Shown piece after piece: positions 1 to 13,400 of a stretch of DNA of 61,079 bases; the stretch's first letter is position 1, and every line of letters begins with the position of its first letter. A model generated the notes under the pieces. The model saw only the letters and a list, made by a program, of their open reading frames with translations. It searched no databases and was not told the origin of the DNA. Origin of the DNA: Malacoraja senta (Eukaryota). A program made the translations under genes and the position numbers. The DNA lies in the NCBI GenBank assembly GCA_038087875.1, contig JAXLNO010000228.1, positions 1 through 61,079 of the forward strand, in the 5' to 3' direction.

Positions 1-800
1 ATTTAATTCTTGTCATTTGAACCTCAAAGAGGCTCAAACGAAACTCTGTTTCCACAGCCATACAAACAAAACAATTCCTACAAGACACACAAACAATTCA
101 ATTTACAGAAAAACATCCATCACAGTGAATCTCCTCCTCACTGTGATAGAAGGCAAAGTCTTTTCTCTCCCCTGCCCCATTTTTCTCCCGATGTTGAAGC
201 CCCAGGCGGGCAATGTTAAGTCCCACGGCCGTTGAGGCCGCGCCGAGCGGTATACAGCTTCGCTCCGGGCCCAAAAGTCACAAAGTTGGAGCCCCCGGCG
301 GGCGCTGGATTTACGGCCCCGCTCCGGTCGTTCCAACCCCGCGACTCGAGCTGGAGAAGTTGCGTTGCGGGAGCTCCGGAAAGCGGTCTCCCACCCGGAC
401 CCGCGAACTCCCGATATCATAGTCCACAGGTCTGCAGCTGGAGCTCCGGAGTCGGGCCGCAGCAACGAGCCACCACCGCTCCCCGCGCTCCGAGGCCGGC
501 CAGCCCCACGATGGTGAGTCCGCAGCTCCACAGGCTCCGCGACTGGAGCCCCCAGGTCGTCCCGGTCGGAGGCCGCTCCACGGAGCTAGGCCCCAACGAC
601 AACGGAGACCCGACAGGGAAAAGGTCGGGTCTCCCGTGCAGGGAAGAGATTTTTAAAGTTCCCCCCTCCCCCCCCCGCCCCCCACATATACACAATTAAA
701 ACAGTACAAAAAAAACACAACTACATTTAACTAGACAAAAATAAAAAAAAAGACAGACGGGCTGTAGGGGCCGCTGCAGTAATCCGCGCCGCCGCACTCC
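1..800 (-). mobile_element. Non-coding, CpG-rich non-autonomous retroelement (same family as 28945-29640), Rex1/Babar-like 3' end
   Basis: The reverse complement shares ordered blocks with 28945-29640: T-rich tract, G-run, gactt..tgcct..catcacagtgagga..ctgt..ggatgtt, gtatggctg, terminal stem-loop. No credible ORF. Confidence 0.55.
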
Positions 801-1024
801 TTCTGGCGTCACTCTGACAGTGGGGGAGGCCCAGGACAGAAAGGTCAGTGTGGGAATGGGAAGCAAAATTAAACTGCTGCAGTGTTGGTCAGACAGAATG
901 CTGCACTGTCAGGAGTGGCATTAGATACAGTAAGATCCGTCTGCCGTTCCAAGTGGAAGTTAAAGATCCCACGGCATTATTTCAATGCTGCATCTTTTTC
1001 TCTGGTAGAGAAAAAGTGATCTGT

Positions 1025-1312
1025 TCAAACAGATTCAGGGACTGTTTCTTCTCAGGTGTAATCAGGCAAATGAATCATCCTACCACAACCAGAGAGCAGT
1101 GCTCAACTACTATCTACCTCTTTGGTGATCCTCAGACTATCCTTGATTGGACTTTGCTGGCTTTACCTTACACTAAACGTATACTCCCTCATCATGTATC
1201 TATACACAGTAAATGGCTTGAATGTAATCATGCTTTGTCTTTCTGCTCACGGGTTAGCACGCAACAAAAGCTTTTCACTGTACCTCGGCACACATGACAA
1301 TAAACTAAACTG
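1025..1312 (+). mobile_element. Rex1/Babar LINE 3' end fragment
   Basis: RFRDCFFSGVIRQMN C-terminal motif, 3' UTR ending cacatgacaataaactaaact. Related pieces at 2750-3300, 20309-20372, 43660-43915, 44195-44400, 46730-46975, 57930-58130. Confidence 0.7.
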
Positions 1313-3556
1313 ACTGAGCCGCAAGCAGGCAGCATGTATGTAAACTGCCAACTCTCTCTCCCACGTTGCAACAGTGGGTATAATAAGCATTGAGAACAAC
1401 AGTCAAGACTTTGGTTCGGCTGCGTTTGGAGTATTGCTCACAGTTCTGGTCATCCCAGTACAGGAAGGATGTGGAGGCTTTGAAAAGGTGCAGAGGAGGT
1501 TACCAGATGATCGAAACAAAGAACTGCAGATGCTGGTTTATACCAAAGATAGACAAAGTGCTGGAGTAACATAGCAGGTCAGGCAACATAGCTGGAGAAA
1601 TAGGATGGGTGACGTTTTGGGGTTGAGACCCTTCAAGAGATCATCGATCAATCACCCGTTCACGCTTGTTCTGTATTATCCCATCTTCTCATCCATTCCC
1701 CTGCACACGGTTCCATTTATACGCCAAGTAACCTACAAACCCGCACATCTTTTGGCATAGACATACAGTGTGGATACAGGCCCTTCAGCACCAACCAACA
1801 TGTCCCATCTACAATAGTCCCACGTGCCTGCGTTTGGCCCATATCCCTCTAAACCTGTCCTATCCATGTACCTGTCTAAATGTTTCTTAAACGTTGCGAT
1901 AGCACCCGGCTCAACTACCTCCCCCGGCAGCTCGTTACATACACCCACCACCCTTTGAGTGAAAAAGTGACCCGTCAGATTAAATCTAAGATTAAATATT
2001 CCCCCTCCCTTCGCCTTAAACCTATGTCCACTGGTTCTCGATTCCCCTACTCTTGGCAAGACACTCTGTGCGTTTACCTGATTTATTCCTCTCATGATTT
2101 GGTAGACCTCTTTAAGATAACATCCTCCTGCGCTCTAGGGAATAGATTCCTAGACTGCTCATCCTCTCTCTACAGCATGGACTTGGTGGGCCGAAGGGCC
2201 TGTTTCATGCCGTAATTTACAATCAATTAATCAATCAATCAATCAATAAAAATAGTTCTGTGCCAAGATGTACATGGATACAACGACAAGCTGCAAAGTC
2301 TACCCTCCACATCGAACTGAAGCGGGGCATGATTGACAGATTCTTGATTAGTACGTGTGTCACGGGTTATGGGGCAAAGGTTGGAGAATGGGGTTGAGAG
2401 CGAAAGATAGATCAGCCATGATTGAATGACGAGATAGACTTGATGGGCCGAATGGCCTTATTCTGCTCCTAGAATATGAGCGTATGAACTTTGCTTTTGC
2501 CGCAATACTCCAGGTTGCTCACGTTATGAAGCTGGGCATCGAAGCTCACAAGCCTCCGGCTTCAGTTCACTTCACGACTGCCAGAGGATAAAATTAAACA
2601 CCAAAAGAGGAAGGTAGCAGCAGGATGGAAACGTGAGGGCAACATGTTCAATGGTCCTCGACCAGCTGCTCTGGAAAGAGCAGCAGCGGTGCTCAGAGAC
2701 AGGACATGACCAGCAGCAGTAAGACATGCCAAGACAGTTACAACCATGCACAAGACCGCATAAATCGCAGAGAATTGTGGACGCAGCCCAGACCATCACA
2801 CAAACCAACCAACGCTGCCTCGGCAAGACCACCAGCATAATCAAGGAAGGGTCGCACCCTGGCCACTCCTTCCCCTCCTCTCTCCCATAGGGCAAAATGT
2901 ATCGAAGTGTGAAAACCCCCACCTCCAGATTCAGGGACAGTTTCATCTCAGCTGTTATCAGGTAAATGAACCATCCAACTGCAACCAGAGAGCGGTCCTA
3001 AACTACTATCTTTAAAGGCTGGAAGAGTAGACATGAAGAGCTCGAAGGGCGAATGGCCTACTCCTGCACCTATTTTCTATGTTTCTATGTTTCTATCTAC
3101 CTCATTGGAGACCCTCGGACTGTCTTTGATTGGACTTTACTGGCTTTGCTTTACACTAAACATTATTCATGTTATTCCCTTTGTCATGTATCTGTGGACA
3201 CTGTGGCCGACGCAGTTGTAATCATGTATTGTCTTTCCGCTGACTGGTTAACACGCAACAAAAACACGTGACAATAAACTAAACTCAGTAAACCAAACTC
3301 AAACTCTGCCATCTCCTCTCCCTCTATGATTATAAATGTGGTTGACAAAGGAATGCCATTTAACAGATGTCAAACCTGGTTTCTTTGCGTGAGCTGAGGC
3401 TGGAATACGGATGCATGGGAGTGAGGGAACAAGGTATACATTCTGATCCTGTTCTCAATTATCTCTCGAGCAAAAATACTCCTCCAGACACTAGAAGGGA
3501 GCCCCCTCCGTTGCCAGAGTGATACCACGCGCAAACTGGAAGTCTTTCATGCAGAA

Positions 3557-4045
3557 CGGCATGGTGGCGCAGCGGTAGAGTTGTTGCCTTACAGCGCCAG
3601 AGTCCCGGGATCGATCCTGACTACAGATGCTGCCTGTATGGTGTTCTCTCTGGGACCGCGTGGGTTTTCTCCGGGTGCTCTGGTTTCCTCCCACACTCCA
3701 AAGACGTACAGGTTTGTAGTTTAGCCAAAAATGCTGGAGAAATGAGGCAGCATCTATGGAGCGAAGGAAATAGGCAACGTTTCGGGCCGAAACATTGCCT
3801 ATTTCCTTCGCTCCACAGATGCTGCCTCACCTGCTGAGTTTCTCCAGCATTTTCGTCTACCTTCGATTTTCCAGCATCTGCAGTTCCTTCTTAAACAAAG
3901 GTTTGTAGGTTAATTGGTTTAATAAAATTGTACATTGTCCCTCACGTGTGTAGGATAGTGCTGGACTACGGTGGCTGTTGGCCGGTGCGGACACGAAATG
4001 TCAAAGGGCCTGTTTCCGCACTGTATCTCTAAACTAAACTAAAGT
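3557..4045 (+). mobile_element. HE1-like V-SINE (representative of ~25 copies), interrupted by a Penelope-like palindrome at 3720-3898
   Basis: A box tggcgcagcggt, B-box-like ggatcgatcc, V domain (gcgtgggttttctccgggtgctctggtttcctcccacactccaaagac), CR1-type tail gggcctgtttcc..ctctaaactaaact. Other copies near 4925, 5485, 14748, 20215, 20780, 27988, 31680, 32695, 32950, 41705, 42285, 42805, 43350, 52360, 52920, 53325, 54743, 55837, 56880, 58125, 59378, 60275. Confidence 0.85.
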
Positions 4046-4234
4046 TAAAACTGTAGACAACTCTGCCCTCTACTCTCCCTTTATGAATATAAATGTGGTT
4101 TACAATGGAATGCCATTTAACATATGTCAAAGCTGGTTTCATTTTGTGAGCTGAGGCTACGGCATACATTCTGATCCTGTTCTCAATTATCACTCAATTG
4201 CAAATATCCTCCACCAGTTAGACACCAGAATGGA

Positions 4235-4810
4235 GCTCCCTCCATTGCCAGAGTGAGGCCACACGCAAACTGGAGAGAAAGCGCCTCGTATTCCGCTTGG
4301 GTAGTTCACAACATTGAATTGTCCAATTTTAAGTGGCTAATAACACCCCCCCCCCCCCACTTTCCTCTCTCCCCTACAATATTTTCCCCTCCCACTATCT
4401 CCTGTGCCCCACCTAGACTCGCACCAATTTCTTCTTTTCTGCTCCTCCCACATTCATTCCTCCGGCTTCACAATTCGCAACTCTTCAATCCTTTTGTCTC
4501 ACACTGTTTTCCCATCTCTGGCCTTTGTCCAACCATCTGCCTATCAACCCCCCCCCCCCCCCCACCTGTGTTCACCTCTTACTTGCCAGGTTTGTACCGC
4601 CCCTCCTCTCTTCTAGCTTTCTTCCCCCGCCCCTCTTCCCTTCCCCCACCCCTACAATCTGTCTGAAGGTCTCAACCCAAAATGTCACCTGTCCATGTTC
4701 TCCACACTGTTTCTCTAAACTAAAACTAAACACACAAAACATTATCCGTCCATCCTCCCCACAGATGCTACCAGACCTGCTGAGTTACTCTAGCACGTTG
4801 TGTCTTTTTT
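4235..4810 (+). mobile_element. Penelope-like element 3' fragment (GIY-YIG C-terminus and terminal repeat)
   Basis: Decayed LHCQSEATRKLEE.HL.FRLG..NIE.SNFK coding remnant, pyrimidine-rich UTR and the ctgaag..cccaaaatgtcacc..cagatgct..ctgagttactc repeat. Similar pieces at 17080-17650(-), 18470-18665, 19380-19745, 53580-53940, 60585-61000(-). Confidence 0.7.
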
Positions 4811-6199
4811 TTTACATGAAAGCAGTGTTGATTGTAGATATAACGTGATCAGCTAGATAAAGACACCTAAACTAACAAATACAGGAACTAGAGCAAACAA
4901 AAGAGTCTGAAGAAGGGCCCCACCCGGCACGATGGTGCAGCGGTAGAGTTGCTGCCTTACAGTGCCAGAGACCCAGATTCGATCCCGACTACGGGTGCTT
5001 GTCTGTATGCTCTCCCCGTGACCGCATGGGTTTTCCCCAGGTGCTCCAGTTTCTTCCCACATTCCAAAACGGACTGGTCAGTAGGTTAATTGCCTTCAGT
5101 AAAAAAAAATTGGAATTGTCCCGTGTAGGATAATGCTAGTGTACGGATCTATGTTCGACGTGGGCTCGGTGGGCCGAAAGGTCTGTTTCCACACTGTTTC
5201 TCTAAACTAAAACTAAACACACAAAACATTATCCGTCCATCCTCCCCACAGATGCTGCCAGACCTGCTGTGTTCCTCTAGCACTTTATGTTTTGCTCGGG
5301 ATTGCAGTATCTGTGGTCTCTTGTGTGTTCTAATGCTGGAACTAAATCTGATTTATTTGGTTGATTCACTGAGTTAATGGCGCACAAGATAATCTCATCA
5401 AATGCTGCTCTTCTGGGGGTTCCAGGCACATGCACACATCCATAATGCAAGCATTTTTCACTCATCATTAACTCTCATTCAGCCTAGTTTAGTTTAGAGA
5501 AACAACGCAGAAACAGGCCCTTTGGCCCACTGAGTCCGCGCCAACCAGCGGGCACCCATACACTAACACTAGCTTACACGCTAGGGACAATTTACAACTT
5601 ACAGAAGCCAATTAACCATCAAACCAGCACGTCTTTGGATTGTAGGAGGAAATCAGAGCATTAGAGAAAACCTACAAGGTCACAGGGAGAAGGTACAGGC
5701 TCCGTACAGACAGCATGTGTAGTCATGATTGAACCTGGATCTCTGGCGCTGTAAAGCAGCAACTCTACCACTGCACCATTGTGAAGCCCCATTCAGTCCA
5801 TCTTTTAAGCCCTGCGGTAGAGGCAGCACCCGTGGTCAGGATCAAACCCGGGTCTCTGGCGCTAAGGCAGCAACTCTGCCGCTGTGCCACCGTGCCGCCC
5901 CCACACCACTCCGCAACGTTTAATGATTCAATATTGTCACGTATGCACAGCGAAACGCTTTTGTGCAACCCTCAAATGCATGGTCGCCATATTTTGCTGC
6001 CATTTTACAAAGAAAAAGCAGAAAAAGTCCCAAATTCCGGTCCCCATGCTGGAAGCAGAGACCACCTGATCCAGGTAAGCCCCAGGCTGCTGGAGACCCG
6101 TGACCCGACCTCCCTCCCCTCGCCCCACCGCCTCCATGTCTCGGGGCCGCCTCCTGCAGCCGACCTTGAATAAAATGTGATAACAGCGCTTGTGAACAT

Positions 6200-8110
6200 G
6201 GAAAGGGAGGGATTGTTTGCGTAAGCTGGAGAGCTGAAACCCAAAACATCGGGCCAGTATTACACGGGGAGAGGGGGCTGGAATAGAGGAGGAAGTTGTA
6301 GAGCGCGGGGGGGGGGGGGGCGAGGAAGGGGACAATGGCAATTATGAGATACAACACGATCTACATTGCAGAGATGTGGTAAGAAAGAGCATTGGGCTCG
6401 AGATTGCAGATGCTCCCCACAGCTACAGTAAGGGAACACACAACAGGGAGGGTGTCCAGCCCCTTACACATATCTTTATAATCTCTAGAACAGCCCCACT
6501 CTCGTTACTGGGAAGACAGGCTCTGTGCAAACTGGGAGCAGTCGTACACTGTACTGCAGGCAGTATGTTTATGGAACTCCCTCAAATGCAGACACATCAA
6601 TTGCTGACGGAACCCTCCAGAGTTGTATGGACTGCCGAAAGAGACCATGCGTTTAGAAATCTCAAGAACGCTACGGTTAATGCTCCGGTGCTGGGATTGC
6701 CAAATTATAAAAAGCCCTTTCAACTCTATGTAAATGAATGAAAGGGGTTTGCGACCAGGGTCCTGGTTCAAGAACATGGAGGGGGAAAAAGACCGGCAGC
6801 CTATTATTCCGTGGCTTTCCCTGCTGTTGTAAATGGCATGCCAGCCTGCTTGCGAGCTGTCGCGGCAACGGCTACAATGATAGAAAAATCAATCTCCATC
6901 GTCCTCGATCACTCGTGTGTAGAGACTGTTCCTCATGCCGTGATGTTATTATTGAACTCAGCAGTTACACAGCATTTCACAGCCGCTAGAAGTACAGGAT
7001 ATGAAGTTATCCTTTCATCACATGCAAATTATACTTATCAGTGATCACCTGCTATAAACACAGCTACCTTTGTACCACTGCCAGAAGAAGGATGTGACCA
7101 TGATTGTCTATTGCTTGTAGAAGCCGCTGCCACTCGCCGGCTGGACTTACAGAGTTATCCGATTGATAATCCTGACCTGGTCCTAGTTACCGATGGCTCT
7201 TCACACCGAGCCAGCGATGACAGATTATTAGCAGGATATGCGGTGGTCACACCACACCAAGTGCTGGAGGCGTATGCTTTATCATCCGGAACTGTATGTC
7301 CAAATTCGTGCCTGCATATTGGCAAAAGATAAAAGTGCTAATATCTACTATTCTCGCCATGCTTTTGGGGTTGTACATGACTTTGGGAAGTTATGGAAAA
7401 ATAGAAGATTCATCACATCAACAGGAAAGACTATTAAGCATGATAAACTGGTCTTAAATTTATTGGATGCTATTCAATTGCCACGGCAAATTGCAGTTAT
7501 TAAATGCGAAGCTGATACACCATCGGATGATGTATCAAGGGGAAACATGTCAGCTGATTAAGTAGCCAAACAGATTGCCCTGAGGCAAACCCCACAATTA
7601 CAAGTGGTTAAAATTAAGTCTGCAGCACAAAGAAAGCTCCTGAGTAGCATTGATGTAACCCAGTTATATGATGCCCAGAGGCCAGCATTACTCCAGAAAA
7701 ATACCTGGAGCAAAGCAAGACCCCATGTTATCAAGACCCCATTGTCTGGGTCCACCCTAATGGTTGTGTAGTTTGCCCCAGGAGCCTATTTTTGTCCCTG
7801 TCCCGCCTAGCCCATGGACAGGCTCACATGGAAAGGGGGGATGGCACACGCATTGTCCCAACAATGGTATGCACCATATCAGTCATAATTGATAAAGTTC
7901 CAAGAACATGTCTGGTGTGTCAACAAAATGATAAAGGGAAGCACCTGCAAAATTTGATTACTACCACAACCTGAAATGCCTTTTGAGAATTTGCAAAATG
8001 ATTTTGTACATATGCCAGCAGCAAAGGTTTTTAAGTACATTCTGGTCATAGCTGATATGTTCTCCGGATGGGTGGAAGCACATCCCACTAGGAGGGATGA
8101 TGCAAGGACG
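6200..8110 (+). pseudogene. Degenerate class I (gamma/epsilon-like) endogenous retrovirus: gag zinc knuckle, protease end, RT connection, RNase H, integrase
   Basis: CGKKEHWARDC (~6375-6407), PLSLLGRQALCKL, WTAERDHAFRNLK..APVLGLPNYKKPFQLYVNE, ACLRAVAA, DLVLVTDGSS..AGYAVVT, SRHAFGVVHDFG.LW..R.F.TS.GK.IKH, HGQAH..CLVCQQ, PFENLQNDFVHMP..DMFSGWVEAHPT. Many frameshifts and stops. Confidence 0.9.
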
Positions 8111-8566
8111 GGTTCCAACCAAAATTATAATCGGACATATATGCCTCCATTTTTGCAACTGATTAATGAGAGAAAATATTAATATCCTTTCTTCCTATAA
8201 GTGTTGATCACAAAGATCAATAAGGAGGAAACTGTGGAAGAAAAATTAATATCCTTCCATATTTAATTTTGATTGGAATTAAATAAGGTAACGAACGGGC
8301 GTTTGGATGTGACAACTGGCATCTCTCGTTGACCAGGTGCAGAAGAGGTTCGTGGGAATCAGCAAAGTAACATGAGACGTATAATCTCTTGTCTGGGAAT
8401 GTGTTGAAGGGTGGATGGTAAATGTAAACATTAAATAGTAGATGAGACAACGAAGCTTGTTTTCCCTTCTGTGAAAAGTTACAGTAAATGGGGGGGCTTA
8501 TGATTGGCTCGGAGAGGGATGGTGGCGCGGGCCGCCTGAAAGGTGAGATAGACTAATGTCAAGATG

Positions 8567-10086
8567 TGACATTATTATAAAGACATAAATGTGCAAATAC
8601 CAGATGAAATATGGGAGGAAAGCCTCAAACTTATACATAGGTGCTCAAACAATGCTAGACACTGCCTCATACAGTTCAAAATTATACATAGACTTCACTA
8701 CTCCAAGGCAAAAATACACAGTATATATCCAAATGTTTCTCCTACTTGTGATAAATGCCACTCCTCAGATGCTACTCTTTTCATAACTTTGTATCGTGCC
8801 CTAAACTCACCTCTTTCTGGTCTGATATATTTAAGAATATCTCAGACATTCTTAACATCCCATTAAACCCAGAGCCCTTATTAATCATCTTTGGGGTATC
8901 TGAAACATCAAGACAACTCACAACTGCTCAACGACAATTCCTCTCCTACTGTCTCATTACGGCAAATAAACTACTGCTCATGTCATGGAAAAAAACAACA
9001 GCTCCCAATTCCAGAATGTGGTTTCATGATTTGACCAGTACATTACATTTAGAAAGAATAAGATATGTTTTAAAGGATAGTCAACCAATTTAATAAAATC
9101 TGGCAACCATTTATGTCATTTCTTGCACAGAAGAATATAGACACATAACACAAACCTATCTACACTGTAAACTATCAATTTAAATCAAATTATGAGTAAG
9201 GGATAGAAGACAAGAGAGTTAGAAGCTTTAAGGGGCTGTCCCACTTGGGCGACCTAATCCGCGAGTTCTGGCGAGTTTGCCCTTGACTCATACTCGCAGC
9301 ATGGTCGACACAAGGTCCTAGGAGGTCTTTGTAATTCTCCTTCATGCTCGAGAGTGGTCCCCGTGTACTCGAGGCCTCAGCTAGGTCGCGGCTTATTTTT
9401 CAACATGTTGAAAAATGCCCGCGAGTAAAGAAGGTTGCCATGGAAAAAAATCTATACTTTTTTTACTCGTAGGTTTAGTCGTAGCAGGTCGGCATGTTAG
9501 TCGTAGGTAATCAAGGGTAGTCGAAGGTAGTCTTCATCATAGTCGAAGGGAGGTCGAAGGAGATCGAAGGAGGTCGTCTTCCCTCTCCACTATTCGGTGT
9601 CCAATTTTCCCGAAGTTAGTCGTAGCTAGTCTTCAACATAGTCGAAGGAGGTCGAAGGAGGTCTTCTACATAGTCGAAGGTGGTCTTCAACATGACATTT
9701 TTTCAAACTCTCCTAAACTCGCCCAAGTGGGACAGCCCCTTTAGAAACAAGAGACTTCACAAAGAATTATTGCACAGAACTGCTCCCTATATACCGTGGT
9801 CACCTTCTGCACTTTACTTATGTATTTATTTATTTTTATTTTTATTATCTACTTTCCCCCCCCACCCCGCTCATTATTTATATATTTATTTATTTATTTG
9901 ATGTTTTTATAAACATGCCCTTCCATATTGTTCGTATAATACTCAAATGTTCTGCTTTGATATGTACATTTGGGGAAAAATGAGCTTGGATATGGCAACA
10001 TAATCTGTACCCATTTTTTGATGGCTCAATAAAAATTATAAAAAATTACAATTACAATAAATTAATTACAATTTAAAAAAAAAGAA
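8567..10086 (+). mobile_element. 5'-truncated L1 LINE (ORF2 C-terminal zinc-finger region, 3' UTR, polyA)
   Basis: IQFKIIHRLHY..SPTCDKC....ATLFH..SCPKL..FW..IF motif, aataaa plus A-rich tail. 13-bp TSD taatgtcaagatg at 8554-8566 and 10087-10099. Confidence 0.9.
9231..9740. mobile_element. PIF/Harbinger-type MITE (510 bp) nested in the L1 3' UTR
   Basis: 22-bp TIR aggggctgtcccacttgggcga / tcgcccaagtgggacagcccct, TTA TSD at 9228-9230 and 9741-9743, internal gtcgaagg repeats. Confidence 0.9.
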
Positions 10087-10414
10087 TAATGTCAAGATGC
10101 CCTTGTATTGTGTTTGACTTGTATTAACCATCTGTTGAACAAGATTGACATAAACAAAAACATGTTATGACTAATGACATAATTGGTACCCATGTAGTTG
10201 ATAGAATATTTTCATAGAGTAGTATCTAACAAAATTAAACTAAAGTTGTTTACTGCACAGTATAACTGTAGGCTAATTCTGCTGTGAAATCAGGGAACTG
10301 GTGGGCAGTTGACTGCAGCCATCTCTCCATGATATCATGCAATAACATCTCAAAGCAAATCTGTGAAGTCTCCGCTTTTCATTTTCCATTAATTTCCCTC
10401 CAAATTAATTTCTT

Positions 10415-13400
10415 CCACAACATGTCCCATCTACACTAGTCCCACCTGTCTGTGTTTGGCCCATTTCCCTCTAAAGCTATCCTATCCATGTACTTGTCTA
10501 AATGTTTCGTAAACATTGCATTAGTTCCTGCCTCAACTACCTCCTCTGGCAGCTCATTCCATACACCCACCACCCTCTGTGTGAAAACATTACCCCACAG
10601 ATTCCCATTAAATCATTTCCCCTTCAACTTAAACCTATGTCCTCTGGTTCTCGATTCCCCTACTCGGGGCAAGAGACTCGATGTGTCTACCTGATCTGTT
10701 CTCTCATGATTTTGTACATCTCTGTAAGATCACCCCTCGCCCTCCTGCGCTTCAAGGAATATAGTCCTCACCTGCTCAACCTCTCGATGTAGCTGAGAAC
10801 CTCGAGTCCTGGCAACATCCTCGTGAATTTGTGGGAGCTTGCCCCATGTTTCTTTATTGAAGTGTTTCCTATATCACACATGCTACCATGCTTCATTGGC
10901 TGTAAGTTACTGAAGCACATATAACACATGCAAGTCCATTTATTAAAAAAAAAGACTTGAGAGGCAGTTTCCTCCTTGTGTTACTAAATATAGTCTTGTT
11001 AATATGGGTCTTATCAAATTGCAAGTCTCAGAGGGCACTTTGCACAGAGTCACTGTGAAGTGGTGGGAAGTGTTATGCTGACAATTGTCCTAACCATTTT
11101 ACACCAAGCAGAACCTTTCACTGGAGTTAAAAAACCTGCTGAAGATAAACAACAAACACCGTGGAAAGGATAAACAAGGAACATATGGTAGGGAATGAGC
11201 AGGTGAAGGGAAAGGGAGTGGATAAATGATAAGAGGGATGGCTGCTGTCTTCTTTGCGTTTAGGTTTATTGAAAGTTCTTAAGTGATAGGGGCAGAATTA
11301 GACCATTCGACCCATCAAGTCTACCCCACCATTCAATTATGGCTGATCTATCTTTCCTTCTTAACTCCATTCTCCTGCCTTCTCCCCATAACCTCTGACA
11401 CCTGTACTAATCAAGAATCTATCTATCTCTGCCTTAAAAATATCCACTGACTTTGCTTCCACAGCCTTCTATGGCAATGAATTGCACAGATTCACCACCC
11501 TCTGACCAAAGAAATTCCATCTCACATCTTTCCAAAAGGTACGCCCTTTTATACTGAGGCTATGACCTCTGGTCCCAGACTCAACCACAAGTGGAAACAT
11601 CCTCTCCACATCCACCCTATCCAGGCCAACTATTGTCACGTGTCGAGGTACAGTGAAAAAGCTTTGTGCTGCATTCAATCAGATCAGATACACCACACAA
11701 ATACAAGCACGTCAAGCTTATCTATAGGATCTTTGATATAAAGTGCAGAATAACCCTTCTGGTGAAGATTATTCCTTCAATGGGATCAGTACAAAATTGG
11801 ACCCAAAGTGCTGGAGTAACTCAGCGGGTCAGGCAGCATCTCTGGAGAACATGGATACATGATTTTTCGGGTTGGGGCCCTTCTTCAGACTCTGACATAA
11901 GCGTCACCTATTCATGTTCACCACAGATGCTGCCTGAACCGCTTATGTCATTCCAACACTTTGCGTCCGCTTTTGTAATGTGGCTTCTGCAGTTCCATGA
12001 TTCAACATTCAGTACAAAGCTCTCTGCACCACATGAATGTCCTTGAGCTGCGAGTGGAGCAAAAGGTTCAATCCTCACTGTAATTACGACTTCATTCTGT
12101 CACTTCAGCTCCTGACTGTGCAGGCTGAGACTCTATTCCCTGGAGCGCAGGAGGGTTGATCTTATAGAGGTGTATAAAATCATGAGAGGAATAGATCAGG
12201 TGGATGCACACAGACTCTTGCCCAGAGTGGCGAATCGAGAACCAGAGGACATAGGTTTTGGGTGAAGGGGAAAAGATTTAATAGGAATCTGAGGGGTACT
12301 TTTTTCACGTGGTGGGTGGGTGGAAGGAATGAGCTGCCAGAGGAGGAAGTTCAGGCAGGTACGATCGCAATTAGATAGGTACATGGATAGGACAGGTTTA
12401 GAAGTATATGGGCCAAACGCAGGCAGGTGAGACTAGTGTAGATGGGACATTTTCATTGTTGTGGGCAAGTTGGGCCGAAGGGCCTGTTTCCCCACTGTAT
12501 GACTATCACTTGTTTCCTGCCTCTAGCGTGTCCAAACCCATAATAACCTTATATGTTTCAATAAGATCCCCTCTCCTCCTTCTAAATTCCAGTGTATAGA
12601 AGCCCAGCCGCTCCATTCTATTAACATATAACAGTCCCGCCATCCTGGGAATTAACCTCGTGAACCTCATGATTAAAACATAGAGGCAAGTCAAGATATT
12701 TCTCATTTTCCCCGACATGTTTGCTTTTAAAACTTTGCATTTGAGGTCTTGGAATAAGTAAAGTTTTCTTCCGTTCTCCACAGATGCTGCCTGACCTGCT
12801 GAACATTTCTGGTTATGTTCCAGGGTTCCTGCATCCACCACGTTTTGCTCTGGTTTTAATGCACAGCTACAGCAGCATTTTCTATTTACACACAAAGTCG
12901 TTTGGACAACATCCAATGCGATTCACACAAGTCTCATCAGGTGATATTTGCCAATGAGTTACCGCAAATGAACAACAGATTTGGTTAAAAAAACACACAA
13001 AGTGCCGGAGGAACTCAGCAGGTCAGGCAGCATCACACGGTTGGGTATTCTGATCCAGTATTGGAAACAGGCCCTTCTGCCCAACTCGTCCATGCCAACC
13101 AGGTTTTACCTGAAATAGACCCATTTTCCAGTGTGAAGCTCTCATCCCCTGAACCTTTCCTATCCATGTGCCTGCCCAAATGCCCTTTACACATGATAGA
13201 CAGAGTACTGGAGTTACTCAGCGGTTCAGGCAGCATCTCTGGAGAAAAAGGGTGGGTGACGTTTCGGGTCATAAGGGATAGGAGCAGAATTAGGCCATTC
13301 GGCCCATCAAGTCTACTCCACCATTCAATCATGACTGATCCATGTCTCCTTCCTAACCCCATTCTTCTGCCTTCTCCCCATAATCTCTGACACCCGTACT

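Noticed and set aside
103..699. 142-155-aa GC-rich ORFs
   Set aside because: They lie in a CpG-rich repeat with few stop codons and show no recognisable domain.
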